The notes under the pieces are model-generated. The model saw only the letters and a list, made by a program, of their open reading frames with translations, ran no database searches and was not told the DNA's origin. A program made the translations under genes and the position numbers. DNA of 64,000 nt, taken from contig CAWEPZ010000011.1 of assembly GCA_963811105.1 (NCBI GenBank), positions 1,056,001-1,120,000 of the forward strand, in the 5' to 3' direction. Shown one piece after another: positions 1-8,872 of this stretch. How positions within the stretch are numbered: the first letter of the stretch is position 1; each line of letters opens with the position of its first letter. The stretch is from Candidatus Bathyarchaeota archaeon (lineage in GTDB: Archaea > Thermoproteota > Bathyarchaeia > Bathyarchaeales > Bathycorpusculaceae).

Positions 1-1
1 C

Positions 2-1576
2 TTGATCGGGTTAAACACCGTTAATGCTCAGAATATAGTTTACAGTGTTGACCATCAATATACCCAGATATTCATTAACCAAGACGGCACCATCGACTTA
101 ACCTACAACATTACCTTAACAGTTACCTCAGGAGTAATTCATGGATTCTATGTTGGTCAACCAAAAAACGACTTTACCATAGGTCAAGCAGTAGACCAGT
201 ATGGAAACAATCTTCAAGTTTCAGACGCTAGCAGCGGCGGCGACTATAGAGTTGATGTTACACTAAACCCGCCCTTAACAGCTGGAAACTCGATCTGGTT
301 CACTGTAACAACCAATGTTGCAGGAATGATATACAACGACACAAAGAACCCTGGCAACTTTGGCATGCAGTTTGCGCCAGAATGGACTAATGTACCAATT
401 AATGATGTACGAGTTCAAATTTTGCTTCCGCCAGGCGCTACTACAAGCGATGTGAAAACTACTCAGAACTTCTATAACAGCACCTCAATAGTGGAGGGAA
501 GGCTGGCTGTATTTTGGCAAATTCCAGTAATACAAGCTAACCAGAAATACTTCGTGGGCGTTTCTTTTCCAGCAAAATACATGCCTAACTACAATCCTCC
601 CAAGACATCAGGCGACTTGGGCAGTCTGGGAAATATTCTTCCATTGATTGTTTTGCCAATAATCGCAATACTCGTAATCATAGCGGTTGTTGGAGTGGCA
701 AGGAAAAGCACGTATTCTTCGCCTAAAGTCAGCATGGAAACCCTCGGAGTAAAACGCGGATTAACCGCAGTTGAGGCTTCTTACCTTCTTGATTTAAAGC
801 CCACACAAATAGTTACAGAAATTCTCTATAGCCTTTTGAAGAAAAGGGCTGTTTGGGCTCAAGAAACCAAACCTTCGCTTAAACTTCAGTTGCTTACGCC
901 TTATGAAAACAAAACAGGCACAGCAGAGAATCCCCTGCAGTATTACGAGATTGATTTTCTTGCCTCGTTGAAAACTGACGGCATGCTTGACGAGGAGAAA
1001 TTGGCGCACACTATCATGTTTTTGCGTGACACGATTGAACAGAAACTGCAGGGATACAGCCGACAAGACACAGTTGACTATTACAAAAAAATAGTTGCTC
1101 AAGCATGGACAATAGTCGAACAGGCTGGAACGGTGGAGTTAACATCAAACGCTTATGATGAACAATTGCTTTGGTTAATGCTTGACCCGAACCAAAAAAT
1201 TAAAACAGAAACAGTCTTTCAAAACAGAGTGTTCCAGCCTAATCCGCTTTGGTTCTGGTGGTGGTTCGGTTACACCACATATTATCCAAATCCAACATAC
1301 AAACCAAACATTCAAGCACCAACACAATCAGCAAAGCCGCCAGCAATTCCAGGCGCTGAATTCGCAAACAACATTGCAACCTCAGTAGAAAAAACTTCAA
1401 ACAACATGGTAGTCAACATAGAAAAATTCGCTAACTCCATTGTTCCACCGCCGCCAAAGGCTTCCCAGCAACCAGCACACCACAAAGCAGACTGCGTCTG
1501 TGCGTGTGCTGCATGTGCCTGTGCTTGCGCTTGTGTTTCATGTGCTTGTGCATGTGCAGGTGGAGGTGCCCATTAG
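2..1576 (+). CDS. Membrane-anchored protein (DUF2207-like; N-terminus probably cut by the window edge) with a C-terminal Cys-rich tail CVCACAACACACACVSCACACAGGGAH
   Basis: Beta-rich N-terminal region, one hydrophobic TM segment (ILPLIVLPIIAILVIIAVVGV), 10 Cys in 21 residues at the C-terminus. Confidence 0.8.
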   Translation: MIGLNTVNAQNIVYSVDHQYTQIFINQDGTIDLTYNITLTVTSGVIHGFYVGQPKNDFTIGQAVDQYGNNLQVSDASSGGDYRVDVTLNPPLTAGNSIWFTVTTNVAGMIYNDTKNPGNFGMQFAPEWTNVPINDVRVQILLPPGATTSDVKTTQNFYNSTSIVEGRLAVFWQIPVIQANQKYFVGVSFPAKYMPNYNPPKTSGDLGSLGNILPLIVLPIIAILVIIAVVGVARKSTYSSPKVSMETLGVKRGLTAVEASYLLDLKPTQIVTEILYSLLKKRAVWAQETKPSLKLQLLTPYENKTGTAENPLQYYEIDFLASLKTDGMLDEEKLAHTIMFLRDTIEQKLQGYSRQDTVDYYKKIVAQAWTIVEQAGTVELTSNAYDEQLLWLMLDPNQKIKTETVFQNRVFQPNPLWFWWWFGYTTYYPNPTYKPNIQAPTQSAKPPAIPGAEFANNIATSVEKTSNNMVVNIEKFANSIVPPPPKASQQPAHHKADCVCACAACACACACVSCACACAGGGAH

Positions 1577-2923
1577 ATGAGTTTTCTAAAATGGATTTTT
1601 GGTAAGCAAAAGGTTCCTGTAGGTCGTTATACTTATCGGGGTAAGGATAAGTTTGTGGGCATGTCCCTTCAACTGCGAATAGAGCAGAGTGGACAAGGGG
1701 TAATGGTAATCAATGCTAACAATGTTCTTCACCTAAACCATACTGCAACAGCGTTCGCTTACTTTTTCATGCAGGGATTGCAAAAAGAAGATGTTGTTAA
1801 AAAGATTCGCAGGTTGTACCGAGTTAATGCTGAAAGAGCAAAGGCCGATTATGAAAAACTAGTATTCACAATAAGTACATTGGCTCAAACAGAAAAAATT
1901 GACCCAGTCACATATCTTGAAATTGAAAAAGAAGAACCGTTCAGTCATCACTATTCAGCACCTCTACGCATGGATTTAGCTTTAACTTTTAGATGCCAAA
2001 ACGACTGCGTCCACTGCTACGCAGGGGGTCCACACGAGACACCGGAATTGTCAACGGTTCAGTGGAAAAGTGTCATCGACAAACTTAGTGAAATCGGCGT
2101 TTTCATCTTAACCTTCACAGGCGGAGAACCAACTTTACGTGAGGATCTGCCAGAACTATTATTGTACGCTCAGAACAAGGGCATCGTTACAGGGTTAATC
2201 AGTAATGGACGAAAGCTAAAAGATGAAGCGTTCGTTGAAGTGCTGGAAAAATCAGGTTTAGATTTTGTTCAGATCACCCTTGAATCACATAAACCCCAAG
2301 TTCACGACAAAATAACCTGCGCAAAAAGTAGTTGGAAAGAAACGGTTACAGGAATAAGAAATGCCGTAAAATCCCGAATTTACGTTTCAACGAACACTAC
2401 CCTAAACAAACAAAACGCCTCAGATTTTCTAACTACAATTGATTTTATTCAAACGCTTGATGTAGACGCTTTCGGATGCAATAGCTTAATTTATTCGGGA
2501 AAGGCGCCAGAAGCAAGCCAAGAATTTGCGCTATCCGTCGAAGAATTGAATACGCTTCTGGTTAAAATCCGAGACAAAGCCCACATGCTCAGGCTAAAGT
2601 TTCTTTGGTATACACCTACACAATACTGCCAATTTAATCCCGTACAGTTAGGCTTAGGCGTCAAAAGCTGCACTGCAGCCATGATAAATGCGTGTGTTGG
2701 ACCAAACGGCGATGTTTACCCATGCCAAAGCTACTTTGAAAGCTTAGGAAATATCCTAACTGATCCCTGGGAGAAAATTTGGAACAACCCGTTAGCCATA
2801 AAACTGCGAAAAAGAGACTATGTTGAGCAAAAATGTACAGATTGTTCACAGTTGCAGGTTTGCGGTGGAGGATGCCCCTTGGAGCTTCAAAACAAGGGGT
2901 ATCAATGTAGCCAGACAGGATAA
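1577..2923 (+). CDS. Radical SAM/SPASM enzyme with N-terminal PqqD/RRE-like domain
   Basis: CQNDCVHC (CxxxCxxC), TGGEP, SPASM CTAA..GDVYPC..CTDC..VCGGGC; N-terminal LHLNHTATAF..EDVVKKIRRLYRV..AKADYEKL resembles PqqD/RRE. Confidence 0.9.
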   Translation: MSFLKWIFGKQKVPVGRYTYRGKDKFVGMSLQLRIEQSGQGVMVINANNVLHLNHTATAFAYFFMQGLQKEDVVKKIRRLYRVNAERAKADYEKLVFTISTLAQTEKIDPVTYLEIEKEEPFSHHYSAPLRMDLALTFRCQNDCVHCYAGGPHETPELSTVQWKSVIDKLSEIGVFILTFTGGEPTLREDLPELLLYAQNKGIVTGLISNGRKLKDEAFVEVLEKSGLDFVQITLESHKPQVHDKITCAKSSWKETVTGIRNAVKSRIYVSTNTTLNKQNASDFLTTIDFIQTLDVDAFGCNSLIYSGKAPEASQEFALSVEELNTLLVKIRDKAHMLRLKFLWYTPTQYCQFNPVQLGLGVKSCTAAMINACVGPNGDVYPCQSYFESLGNILTDPWEKIWNNPLAIKLRKRDYVEQKCTDCSQLQVCGGGCPLELQNKGYQCSQTG

Positions 2924-2989
2924 TTTATCTTTAGCGAGTTATCATTTGTCACTATAAACCAAGCCCCGATTCGTGAGTTCAGACATAAA

Positions 2990-4225
2990 ATGGTTGCCAG
3001 AGATAAGCCTAGGCTGATAGTTTTTGACGTTGAAGGAGTGCTTATTCCAAAAAACCGCTTCTTGTTTGAAGTAGGAAAAAAATTAGGCTTCATTAAACTC
3101 ATTAACCTTCTTTTTTATGGTTTTTTATATGAAGCAGGCCTACTAAAACTCGAATCAGCTCTAACTCGCGCCTTCAGAGAATTAAGAGGTGTTAAGCCGG
3201 AAGAATTGATGCTTATTTTCAACAAAATTGCCTCAACCGCTTTCTTGCAAACTCTATTCGCCCAAATCAAAACGAGAAATTGCAAAATCGCCTTGATTAG
3301 CTCAGGGGTGCCATCAGATATTGTAAAAAATTTAGCCATAACAGTGGGCGCAGATTACGCTTACGGAATTGAAGTTGAAACCAAAAATGGCAGGTTAACG
3401 GGCAAAATCGAGGGTGACGTTATTCAACCGAGTGGAAAGCTCAAGATTTTATCGCAGATCATAACCTTGGAAGGCGTAAGCTTAAGAGACTGCATCGTTG
3501 TCGCCGACGACAGAAATAACCGTTGCATGTTTATGCCTGGAATACTTAAAATTGGGTTTAATCCTGATTTTTTTATCCGCATGAAAGCCGACAAGGTAGT
3601 AGTTGGGAAGCTTTCTCAAATCTTACCCATTATCGATGGTAAAATACAAAAGCGTTCTTTCCCGTCAACGAACGATTTGGTAAGAGAAGACATTCATGCT
3701 TCAGGTTTCTTTATGCCAGTTATCGCCAGTTTTACAGGTGTGCCTTTTGTTGGCGCATTAATTTTCGCAATAGCGATGGTATACACTGCCTCTGAACTTT
3801 GGCGTTTAGAAGGAAAAGAAATATTGCTCATTTCGGCAATTACACGCCACGCTGCTTCACAATCGGAACTGCATGGTTTTGCAGCAGCCCCATTATACTT
3901 TGCTGCGGGTGTATTGTCAACGCTAATTTTGTTTCCTGCGCCCGCAAGCTATGCCGCCGTTGCTATGTTCTGCCTAGGTGACAGCGCCGCTTCCCTTTTC
4001 GGAGGCCTCATATCCACATCTTTACCATTTAATAAGGGAAAAACTTGGGAAGGCTCAGTAGGTGGATTCGTGTTTGCGTTTTTAGGCGGTCTGTTTTTTG
4101 TCTCGCCAATTTGGGCTTTGATTGGAGCAGCAATTGCTATGACAGTTGAGGTTCTTCCTTTACCGATAAATGACAACGTGCTTATACCAGTGATTACAGG
4201 AGCAGCACTAACGCTTCTACTCTAA
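2990..4225 (+). CDS. HAD phosphatase (SerB-like) fused to a CTP-dependent dolichol/phytol kinase-like membrane domain
   Basis: FDVEGVL, ISSG, VADDRNN HAD motifs; C-terminal GDSAASLFG..KGKTWEGS..INDNVLIP. Confidence 0.75.
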   Translation: MVARDKPRLIVFDVEGVLIPKNRFLFEVGKKLGFIKLINLLFYGFLYEAGLLKLESALTRAFRELRGVKPEELMLIFNKIASTAFLQTLFAQIKTRNCKIALISSGVPSDIVKNLAITVGADYAYGIEVETKNGRLTGKIEGDVIQPSGKLKILSQIITLEGVSLRDCIVVADDRNNRCMFMPGILKIGFNPDFFIRMKADKVVVGKLSQILPIIDGKIQKRSFPSTNDLVREDIHASGFFMPVIASFTGVPFVGALIFAIAMVYTASELWRLEGKEILLISAITRHAASQSELHGFAAAPLYFAAGVLSTLILFPAPASYAAVAMFCLGDSAASLFGGLISTSLPFNKGKTWEGSVGGFVFAFLGGLFFVSPIWALIGAAIAMTVEVLPLPINDNVLIPVITGAALTLLL

Positions 4226-4693
4226 AGCAACTAATGCTTTGAGATAATCCTTGACAAAAAATTTCTTGCCCCTTTGAATAATCACATGTCCTTCTTGCTC
4301 CAAAAGCCGCTTTTGAGGTTCAAATCCGCCTGGATACTTCTCATTTAGGAATCCACCACGCTTCAATGTTCTCCAATAAGGAGTAGTATCAGCAAAACCT
4401 TGTTGTTTCTGCTCTTCTGCAGCGTAGGCAGAAATCCAAGCAAAAATTCCAGTAGTTAACGGGCAACCAATTGTTGCATTGTGATTTTTTGCAAGAGCTG
4501 AGCGGATTTCATTGATTGTTGTCAATTTGCCTCTAGGCACTCTTTTCATTAACCGATCTACCTCAATGGGCGCAGGGATCACTAAGGTGCCTGGCCCCCA
4601 TTTTTTGATCATTTTACCACTAATTTCTTTCACTTTTGGGTAGCCCTTGCTGTCGTTAAGTTTTTCCTGCCAAGTCGGTTTCTTTGAAGGCAT
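4217..4693 (-). CDS. MGMT/alkyltransferase-like DNA-binding protein lacking the catalytic Cys
   Basis: VPRGKLTT..TPYWR (in place of PCHR)..QKRLLEQEG. Confidence 0.75.
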   Translation of the reverse strand: MPSKKPTWQEKLNDSKGYPKVKEISGKMIKKWGPGTLVIPAPIEVDRLMKRVPRGKLTTINEIRSALAKNHNATIGCPLTTGIFAWISAYAAEEQKQQGFADTTPYWRTLKRGGFLNEKYPGGFEPQKRLLEQEGHVIIQRGKKFFVKDYLKALVALE

Positions 4694-4745
4694 ATTCTAA
4701 CCAAAAATTTATACTCAGCATGCTTTATTGAAACTTTCGATATAT

Positions 4746-5000
4746 CTATTTCTTGTTTTGCAAGCTTACAAGGTCAAGTTTTTGCTGATGACTAAGCTTT
4801 TTTATTTCTCTTTCCCGCTTCATCGCCAAACTTCGTGAATTAAAAAGCTCCGCATAAGCAACTCTTTCCGGTTTGTGGACTTTTGTGTATCTGGCACCCT
4901 TTCCGTTTTGATGCAGTTTTGTTCGTGCGTCCAAATCTCCGGTGTATCCCGTGTAAAAGCTACCGTCAATGCAAAGCAAAATGTAAACATAAAATGACAA
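4746..5000 (-). CDS. GIY-YIG nuclease (UPF0213/YhbQ-like)
   Basis: YVYILLCIDGSFYTGYT..HQNGKGARYT..AMKREREIKKLS. Confidence 0.9.
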   Translation of the reverse strand: MSFYVYILLCIDGSFYTGYTGDLDARTKLHQNGKGARYTKVHKPERVAYAELFNSRSLAMKREREIKKLSHQQKLDLVSLQNKK

Positions 5001-5006
5001 GCTGAC

Positions 5007-5687
5007 CTACTGCTCCTTGGCTTCAGGCGGTAGGTAGTCGTAGATGACACCTTTCTGCATCGCTCTTTTCAAGTAAGCCTCAGGGTCAATTTCTTGAACC
5101 TTTGTACGATCAACATCTATTATGTAGATTTCTTGTATGCGAGCATTTCGGATTTCTTCAAAGGTCACAGGTGGCTTTTGGTAGTATGCGTCACAGAGCT
5201 TTTTTATATAAATTATTTCTTCGTCAGTTCGATTTCTAGGCGGCTTAGCTAACGCACGTGGAAAAGGTAGAGTATAATGTGGCGGCACGCCTAAAGCGAA
5301 TTTTCCTGCGAAGCTGCTGTACCGTATTATTTTGCTTGCCAATCTGGCAGTCGTGTAAGTTAAAGGTGCCAAAGCATTTTCTGGAGGAATAAAACCCGTC
5401 TCTATTTCAACAATTAAATTTCCAAAACCTTTTATGGCATATACATCACATGTCAAAAGCTCATTTAAGGTATATTCAAGCTGAACTTCGCAGCCCTTTT
5501 GAATAAGATATTTCGCACAAACAAGCTCCATAACTGAATGATTAATTTTTACAACGTTTTCTCTTTGAAGATTTGTCAGCCGATCTTTAAGGACGTTAAG
5601 TTTTTTTTCTACGTCATTTCCAGAATCCTTTGTCAGCCTATTTAAGAGGGTTGTTAAGTCTTGTCCGAATTTTTGCCTGTTACTCAT
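5007..5687 (-). CDS. Archaeal hypothetical protein, possible PD-(D/E)xK fold
   Basis: 226-aa ORF with CDVYA..IVEIETG spacing. Confidence 0.6.
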   Translation of the reverse strand: MSNRQKFGQDLTTLLNRLTKDSGNDVEKKLNVLKDRLTNLQRENVVKINHSVMELVCAKYLIQKGCEVQLEYTLNELLTCDVYAIKGFGNLIVEIETGFIPPENALAPLTYTTARLASKIIRYSSFAGKFALGVPPHYTLPFPRALAKPPRNRTDEEIIYIKKLCDAYYQKPPVTFEEIRNARIQEIYIIDVDRTKVQEIDPEAYLKRAMQKGVIYDYLPPEAKEQ

Positions 5688-5998
5688 TTGTTGCTTCCCT
5701 GCCGATTGGCTTGCTACTTTCTTTAACCTATTCGGCTTTTGAAATATATAAAGCCAAAAAATGTTTGTGCCAAAACCTCAACCAAATTATTAAGCTTCTC
5801 AATTGAAATAAGTGATTGCTGGTTTATTCAGACCTGACCGGATAGAAAATAAAAACAGAAAAAAATCCATTCATGATTTGCTCGCAGTGCCAAATGCAAA
5901 AACTTGCACAAGAAGAAATGTGACGACAATTTTCATTCTATTGCTTGCTGTTACTAAAGGGAAAAACTTCCTGAAAGTCAACACGCCTTTTTTTAGGG

Positions 5999-6178
5999 TT
6001 ATATGGAAGAGAGCACAAGTCTGGTTAAGTTAACGTCAACTTCAGTGATTTTGCAGTTTTTGAATTCTTTTGCTTCACCCAGAATGTTCTTAACTGTTAC
6101 ATTGTCTTGGTCAACTTTAACGTAGATTACGTCTTTGAATTGGACTTTTCCATTGACGATAATGTTAAATTCACACAT
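5999..6178 (-). CDS. CooT-family small nickel-binding protein (59 aa, not in ORF track)
   Basis: Hand translation MCEFNIIVNGKVQFKDVIYVKVDQDNVTVKNILGEAKEFKNCKITEVDVNLTRLVLSSI; N-terminal MC and ILGE..ITEVD pattern. Confidence 0.8.
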   Translation of the reverse strand: MCEFNIIVNGKVQFKDVIYVKVDQDNVTVKNILGEAKEFKNCKITEVDVNLTRLVLSSI

Positions 6179-6334
6179 AAGACTTCACAGCTATGGAAAA
6201 AGAGATTCTGGGTTATAAGCTCTTTTATCAGAAATTGTTTCTGATTAATCTTAAGCTTTTCTATTTGAAATGAATTCTGAGTTTAGATTAGCTACTTCAT
6301 TATTAACAAAAATTGTAAACAATTAAGGATGACA

Positions 6335-6351
6335 CCGTAAGCTTTTTATTT
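6335..6351 (+). promoter_or_regulatory. BRE/TATA promoter of the ilv leader
   Basis: ccgtaagctttttattt, nearly identical to ccgtaagctctttattt upstream of tRNA-Thr (from 43795). Confidence 0.6.
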
Positions 6352-6400
6352 GTACAGCAATGTAATTTTAAGGATTGTGGAATTTCAAGAGGAATTTAAG

Positions 6401-6451
6401 ATGAGGGATCGTCACCTCAATAGATGGGATCGTCGGGTATTTATTCTTTAA
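6401..6451 (+). CDS. Putative leader peptide MRDRHLNRWDRRVFIL upstream of ilvB
   Basis: ATG 6401 to TAA 6451, gagga SD-like motif upstream, ends in Val-Phe-Ile-Leu. Confidence 0.55.
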   Translation: MRDRHLNRWDRRVFIL

Positions 6452-6556
6452 TTCGCCCAGGGAACTCTTTGAAACTGCCATTGAAAAATTTTCAAAACAA
6501 TATTGCTCTAGAAGAGAGTATTGTTACCAAAAAGGAGATGCAGAGAAATAACCAAA

Positions 6557-8254
6557 ATGTCTGGTGCAAAAGCACTTTTAGAATCCCTTGATCGGCAAAA
6601 CGTAGAAGTGATATTCGGCATTTTAGGCGGAGCAATCCTTCCTGTATATGATGCATTATGCGGCCATGAAAAGATTAGACACATCCTTAGTCGACATGAG
6701 CAAGGAGCAGCACACGCCGCTGAAGGCTATGCGAGAGCCAGCGGACGAGTAGGAGTGTGCATGGCAACCTCAGGACCAGGAGCCACAAACCTAGTTACAG
6801 GGATTGCAAACGCCTACATGGATTCTTCGCCAATTGTAGCTCTAACAGGGCAAGTCCCAACAATTGGCGGTAACAGTTCATACATGATTGGCAGAGATGC
6901 CTTTCAAGAAGCAGATATAATCGGCATTACAACTCCTATCACTAAATACAATTTTCAGCCAAGGACAGTTGCTGAAATTCCGACAACAGTTAACACGGCA
7001 TTCTATATAGCAGCTACAGGCAGACCAGGACCAGTTCTAATTGACTTGCCGAAAAACGTGCAGGCAGAAACCGCCGAAGTCGAAGTAACTGACAAAATTG
7101 ATGCCAGAGGCTACAAATCTATGATCGAGATAGATTTGACTAAAATCAGCGCAGCTGCTAATTTGCTCATAAACGCTGAGAAACCAGTTATATTGTCTGG
7201 CGGAGGAGTCATAATTTCGAACGCTTCAGATGAGCTTATGCAAATGTCTGATTTGTTGATGGCCCCAGTTGCAACAACATTCATGGGCAAAGGTTCAATC
7301 TCAGAATGCCATCCATTATCAGTTGGAAGCATTGGAATGCATGGAAATCCAGCTGCAAACAGGTTAATGAGCGAAGCTGACGTGTTATTGGCAGTTGGAA
7401 CAAGATTCTCTGACCGAGCAACAGCAAACGTTGATACATTCGCTAATAATGCTAAAAAGATTCACATTGACATTGACGACGCAGAAATCGGAAAAAACAT
7501 TGAAGTTGATGTGCCAATAGTCGGGGATGCTAAGACAGTTTTGAAATTATTGCATACAGCCTTAGCTGGTAAATTGCACAAAAAAGAAAGCACTGTTTGG
7601 ACAAAAAGAGTCAAAGCAACAAAAGATCTTCTGAGCCCGCTACTAAAAGAAGTGCCCAAAGATTTAGTGCCCAAAGCGCTACTAATGGAGCTAAGGAAAC
7701 TGTTGCCTGAAAACACTATAGTGACGACGGAAGTCGGCCAAAACCAAATGTGGTCAGCCCTATATTTCCAAGCATTAAAGCCAAGAACATTCATCAGTTC
7801 AGGCGGATTAGGGACCATGGGCTTTGGTTTCCCAGCGGCAATAGGAGCAAAAGTTGCATTTCCAAACAGGCCAGTCGTAGATATAGCCGGCGACGGCAGC
7901 TTCATAATGACTGAACAAGAACTCGCATGCTCAGTAACGGAGAACATCCCTGTAATAGTCATAGTGCTGAACAATTCAGTACTTGGCATGGTGGCACAGT
8001 GGCAACGAATGCTCTACAAACGGCGCTACATGGCAGTTAATCTAGGCAAAACACCAGATTTCGTGAAGCTGGCAGAAGCTTACGGAGCACAAGGCTTCCG
8101 AGCAGGGTCAATGGAAGAGTTCCAAAAAGCAGTTAAGAAAGCACTAAACAGTAAAGTAACAACGGTAATCGATGTACCTATAGGCTCAGAGGAGGACGTC
8201 GTACCTTTTGTACCTCCAGGCTGCGGTTTACCACAACAGCAAGGTGACTATTAG
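6557..8254 (+). CDS. ilvB: Acetolactate synthase large subunit
   Basis: RHEQGAAHAAEGYARASG, TSGPGATN, SGGLGTMGFG, GDGSF ThDP motif; start moved to MSGAKAL. Confidence 0.97.
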   Translation: MSGAKALLESLDRQNVEVIFGILGGAILPVYDALCGHEKIRHILSRHEQGAAHAAEGYARASGRVGVCMATSGPGATNLVTGIANAYMDSSPIVALTGQVPTIGGNSSYMIGRDAFQEADIIGITTPITKYNFQPRTVAEIPTTVNTAFYIAATGRPGPVLIDLPKNVQAETAEVEVTDKIDARGYKSMIEIDLTKISAAANLLINAEKPVILSGGGVIISNASDELMQMSDLLMAPVATTFMGKGSISECHPLSVGSIGMHGNPAANRLMSEADVLLAVGTRFSDRATANVDTFANNAKKIHIDIDDAEIGKNIEVDVPIVGDAKTVLKLLHTALAGKLHKKESTVWTKRVKATKDLLSPLLKEVPKDLVPKALLMELRKLLPENTIVTTEVGQNQMWSALYFQALKPRTFISSGGLGTMGFGFPAAIGAKVAFPNRPVVDIAGDGSFIMTEQELACSVTENIPVIVIVLNNSVLGMVAQWQRMLYKRRYMAVNLGKTPDFVKLAEAYGAQGFRAGSMEEFQKAVKKALNSKVTTVIDVPIGSEEDVVPFVPPGCGLPQQQGDY

Positions 8255-8255
8255 A

Positions 8256-8768
8256 ATGGAAGCCGAAAAAACAAAAATCATCTCCGTATTAGTTGAAAAC
8301 AAGCCAGGAGTATTGCACGGAGTAGCCAACCTCTTCCGGCGAAGAAACTTCAACATTGAAAGCATAACAGTCGGCCCAACTGAACACGCAGACATCTCTC
8401 GAATGACAATAACAGTCAACGAGGATGAAAAGACAATAGAGCAAGTCATCAAGCAACTAGCAAAACTCATTGACATACTAAAAGTTGAGGAACTGGAGGA
8501 AGGAAGCTATGTAATGCGTGAACTTGCTTTGATAAAAGTCAATGCGCCGAGCCCAAAAGAACGCTCCGACATAATAAACTGCGTAGAAGTTTTCCGAAGT
8601 AGAGTCATAGATGTTTCAATTGATAGCCTAACAGTCGAAATGACAGGAACACCTGACAAAATAGATGCATTCCTTAATCTGATGAAAACAACTGGCGTAA
8701 TTGAGCTTGCAAGAACGGGTATAACCGCATTAGCTAGAGGAGCAAAATCGATAAGAATAGACGAATAA
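8256..8768 (+). CDS. ilvH: Acetolactate synthase small regulatory (ACT) subunit
   Basis: ISVLVENKPGVL..FRRRNFNIESITVG..ELARTG. Confidence 0.96.
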   Translation: MEAEKTKIISVLVENKPGVLHGVANLFRRRNFNIESITVGPTEHADISRMTITVNEDEKTIEQVIKQLAKLIDILKVEELEEGSYVMRELALIKVNAPSPKERSDIINCVEVFRSRVIDVSIDSLTVEMTGTPDKIDAFLNLMKTTGVIELARTGITALARGAKSIRIDE

Positions 8769-8825
8769 ATCGTCTCTGTTGACGGAAACCCTTAACTCTC
8801 AGTTTCTCAAAATTCACAAACCTTC

Positions 8826-8840
8826 ATGATAATTGTCTGA
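8826..8840 (+). promoter_or_regulatory. Mini-uORF M-I-I-V-stop upstream of leuC
   Basis: atg ata att gtc tga about 30 nt after a BRE/TATA-like ggaaacccttaact (8784-8797). Confidence 0.35.
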
Positions 8841-8872
8841 AAACAGGTTAATTGTAACAAAGGTGAAAAAAT

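Noticed and set aside
1493-1560. tgtgc-rich run as a microsatellite or CRISPR array
   Set aside because: Synonymous variation indicates a coding Cys-Ala repeat; there are no spacers
1574-1579. TAG readthrough fusing the Cys-tail protein to the rSAM
   Set aside because: The in-frame abutment is real, but there is no readthrough signal and translational coupling explains it
6538-6591. Out-of-frame ATG right after aggag, overlapping the ilvB start
   Set aside because: No spacing from the SD and no informative composition
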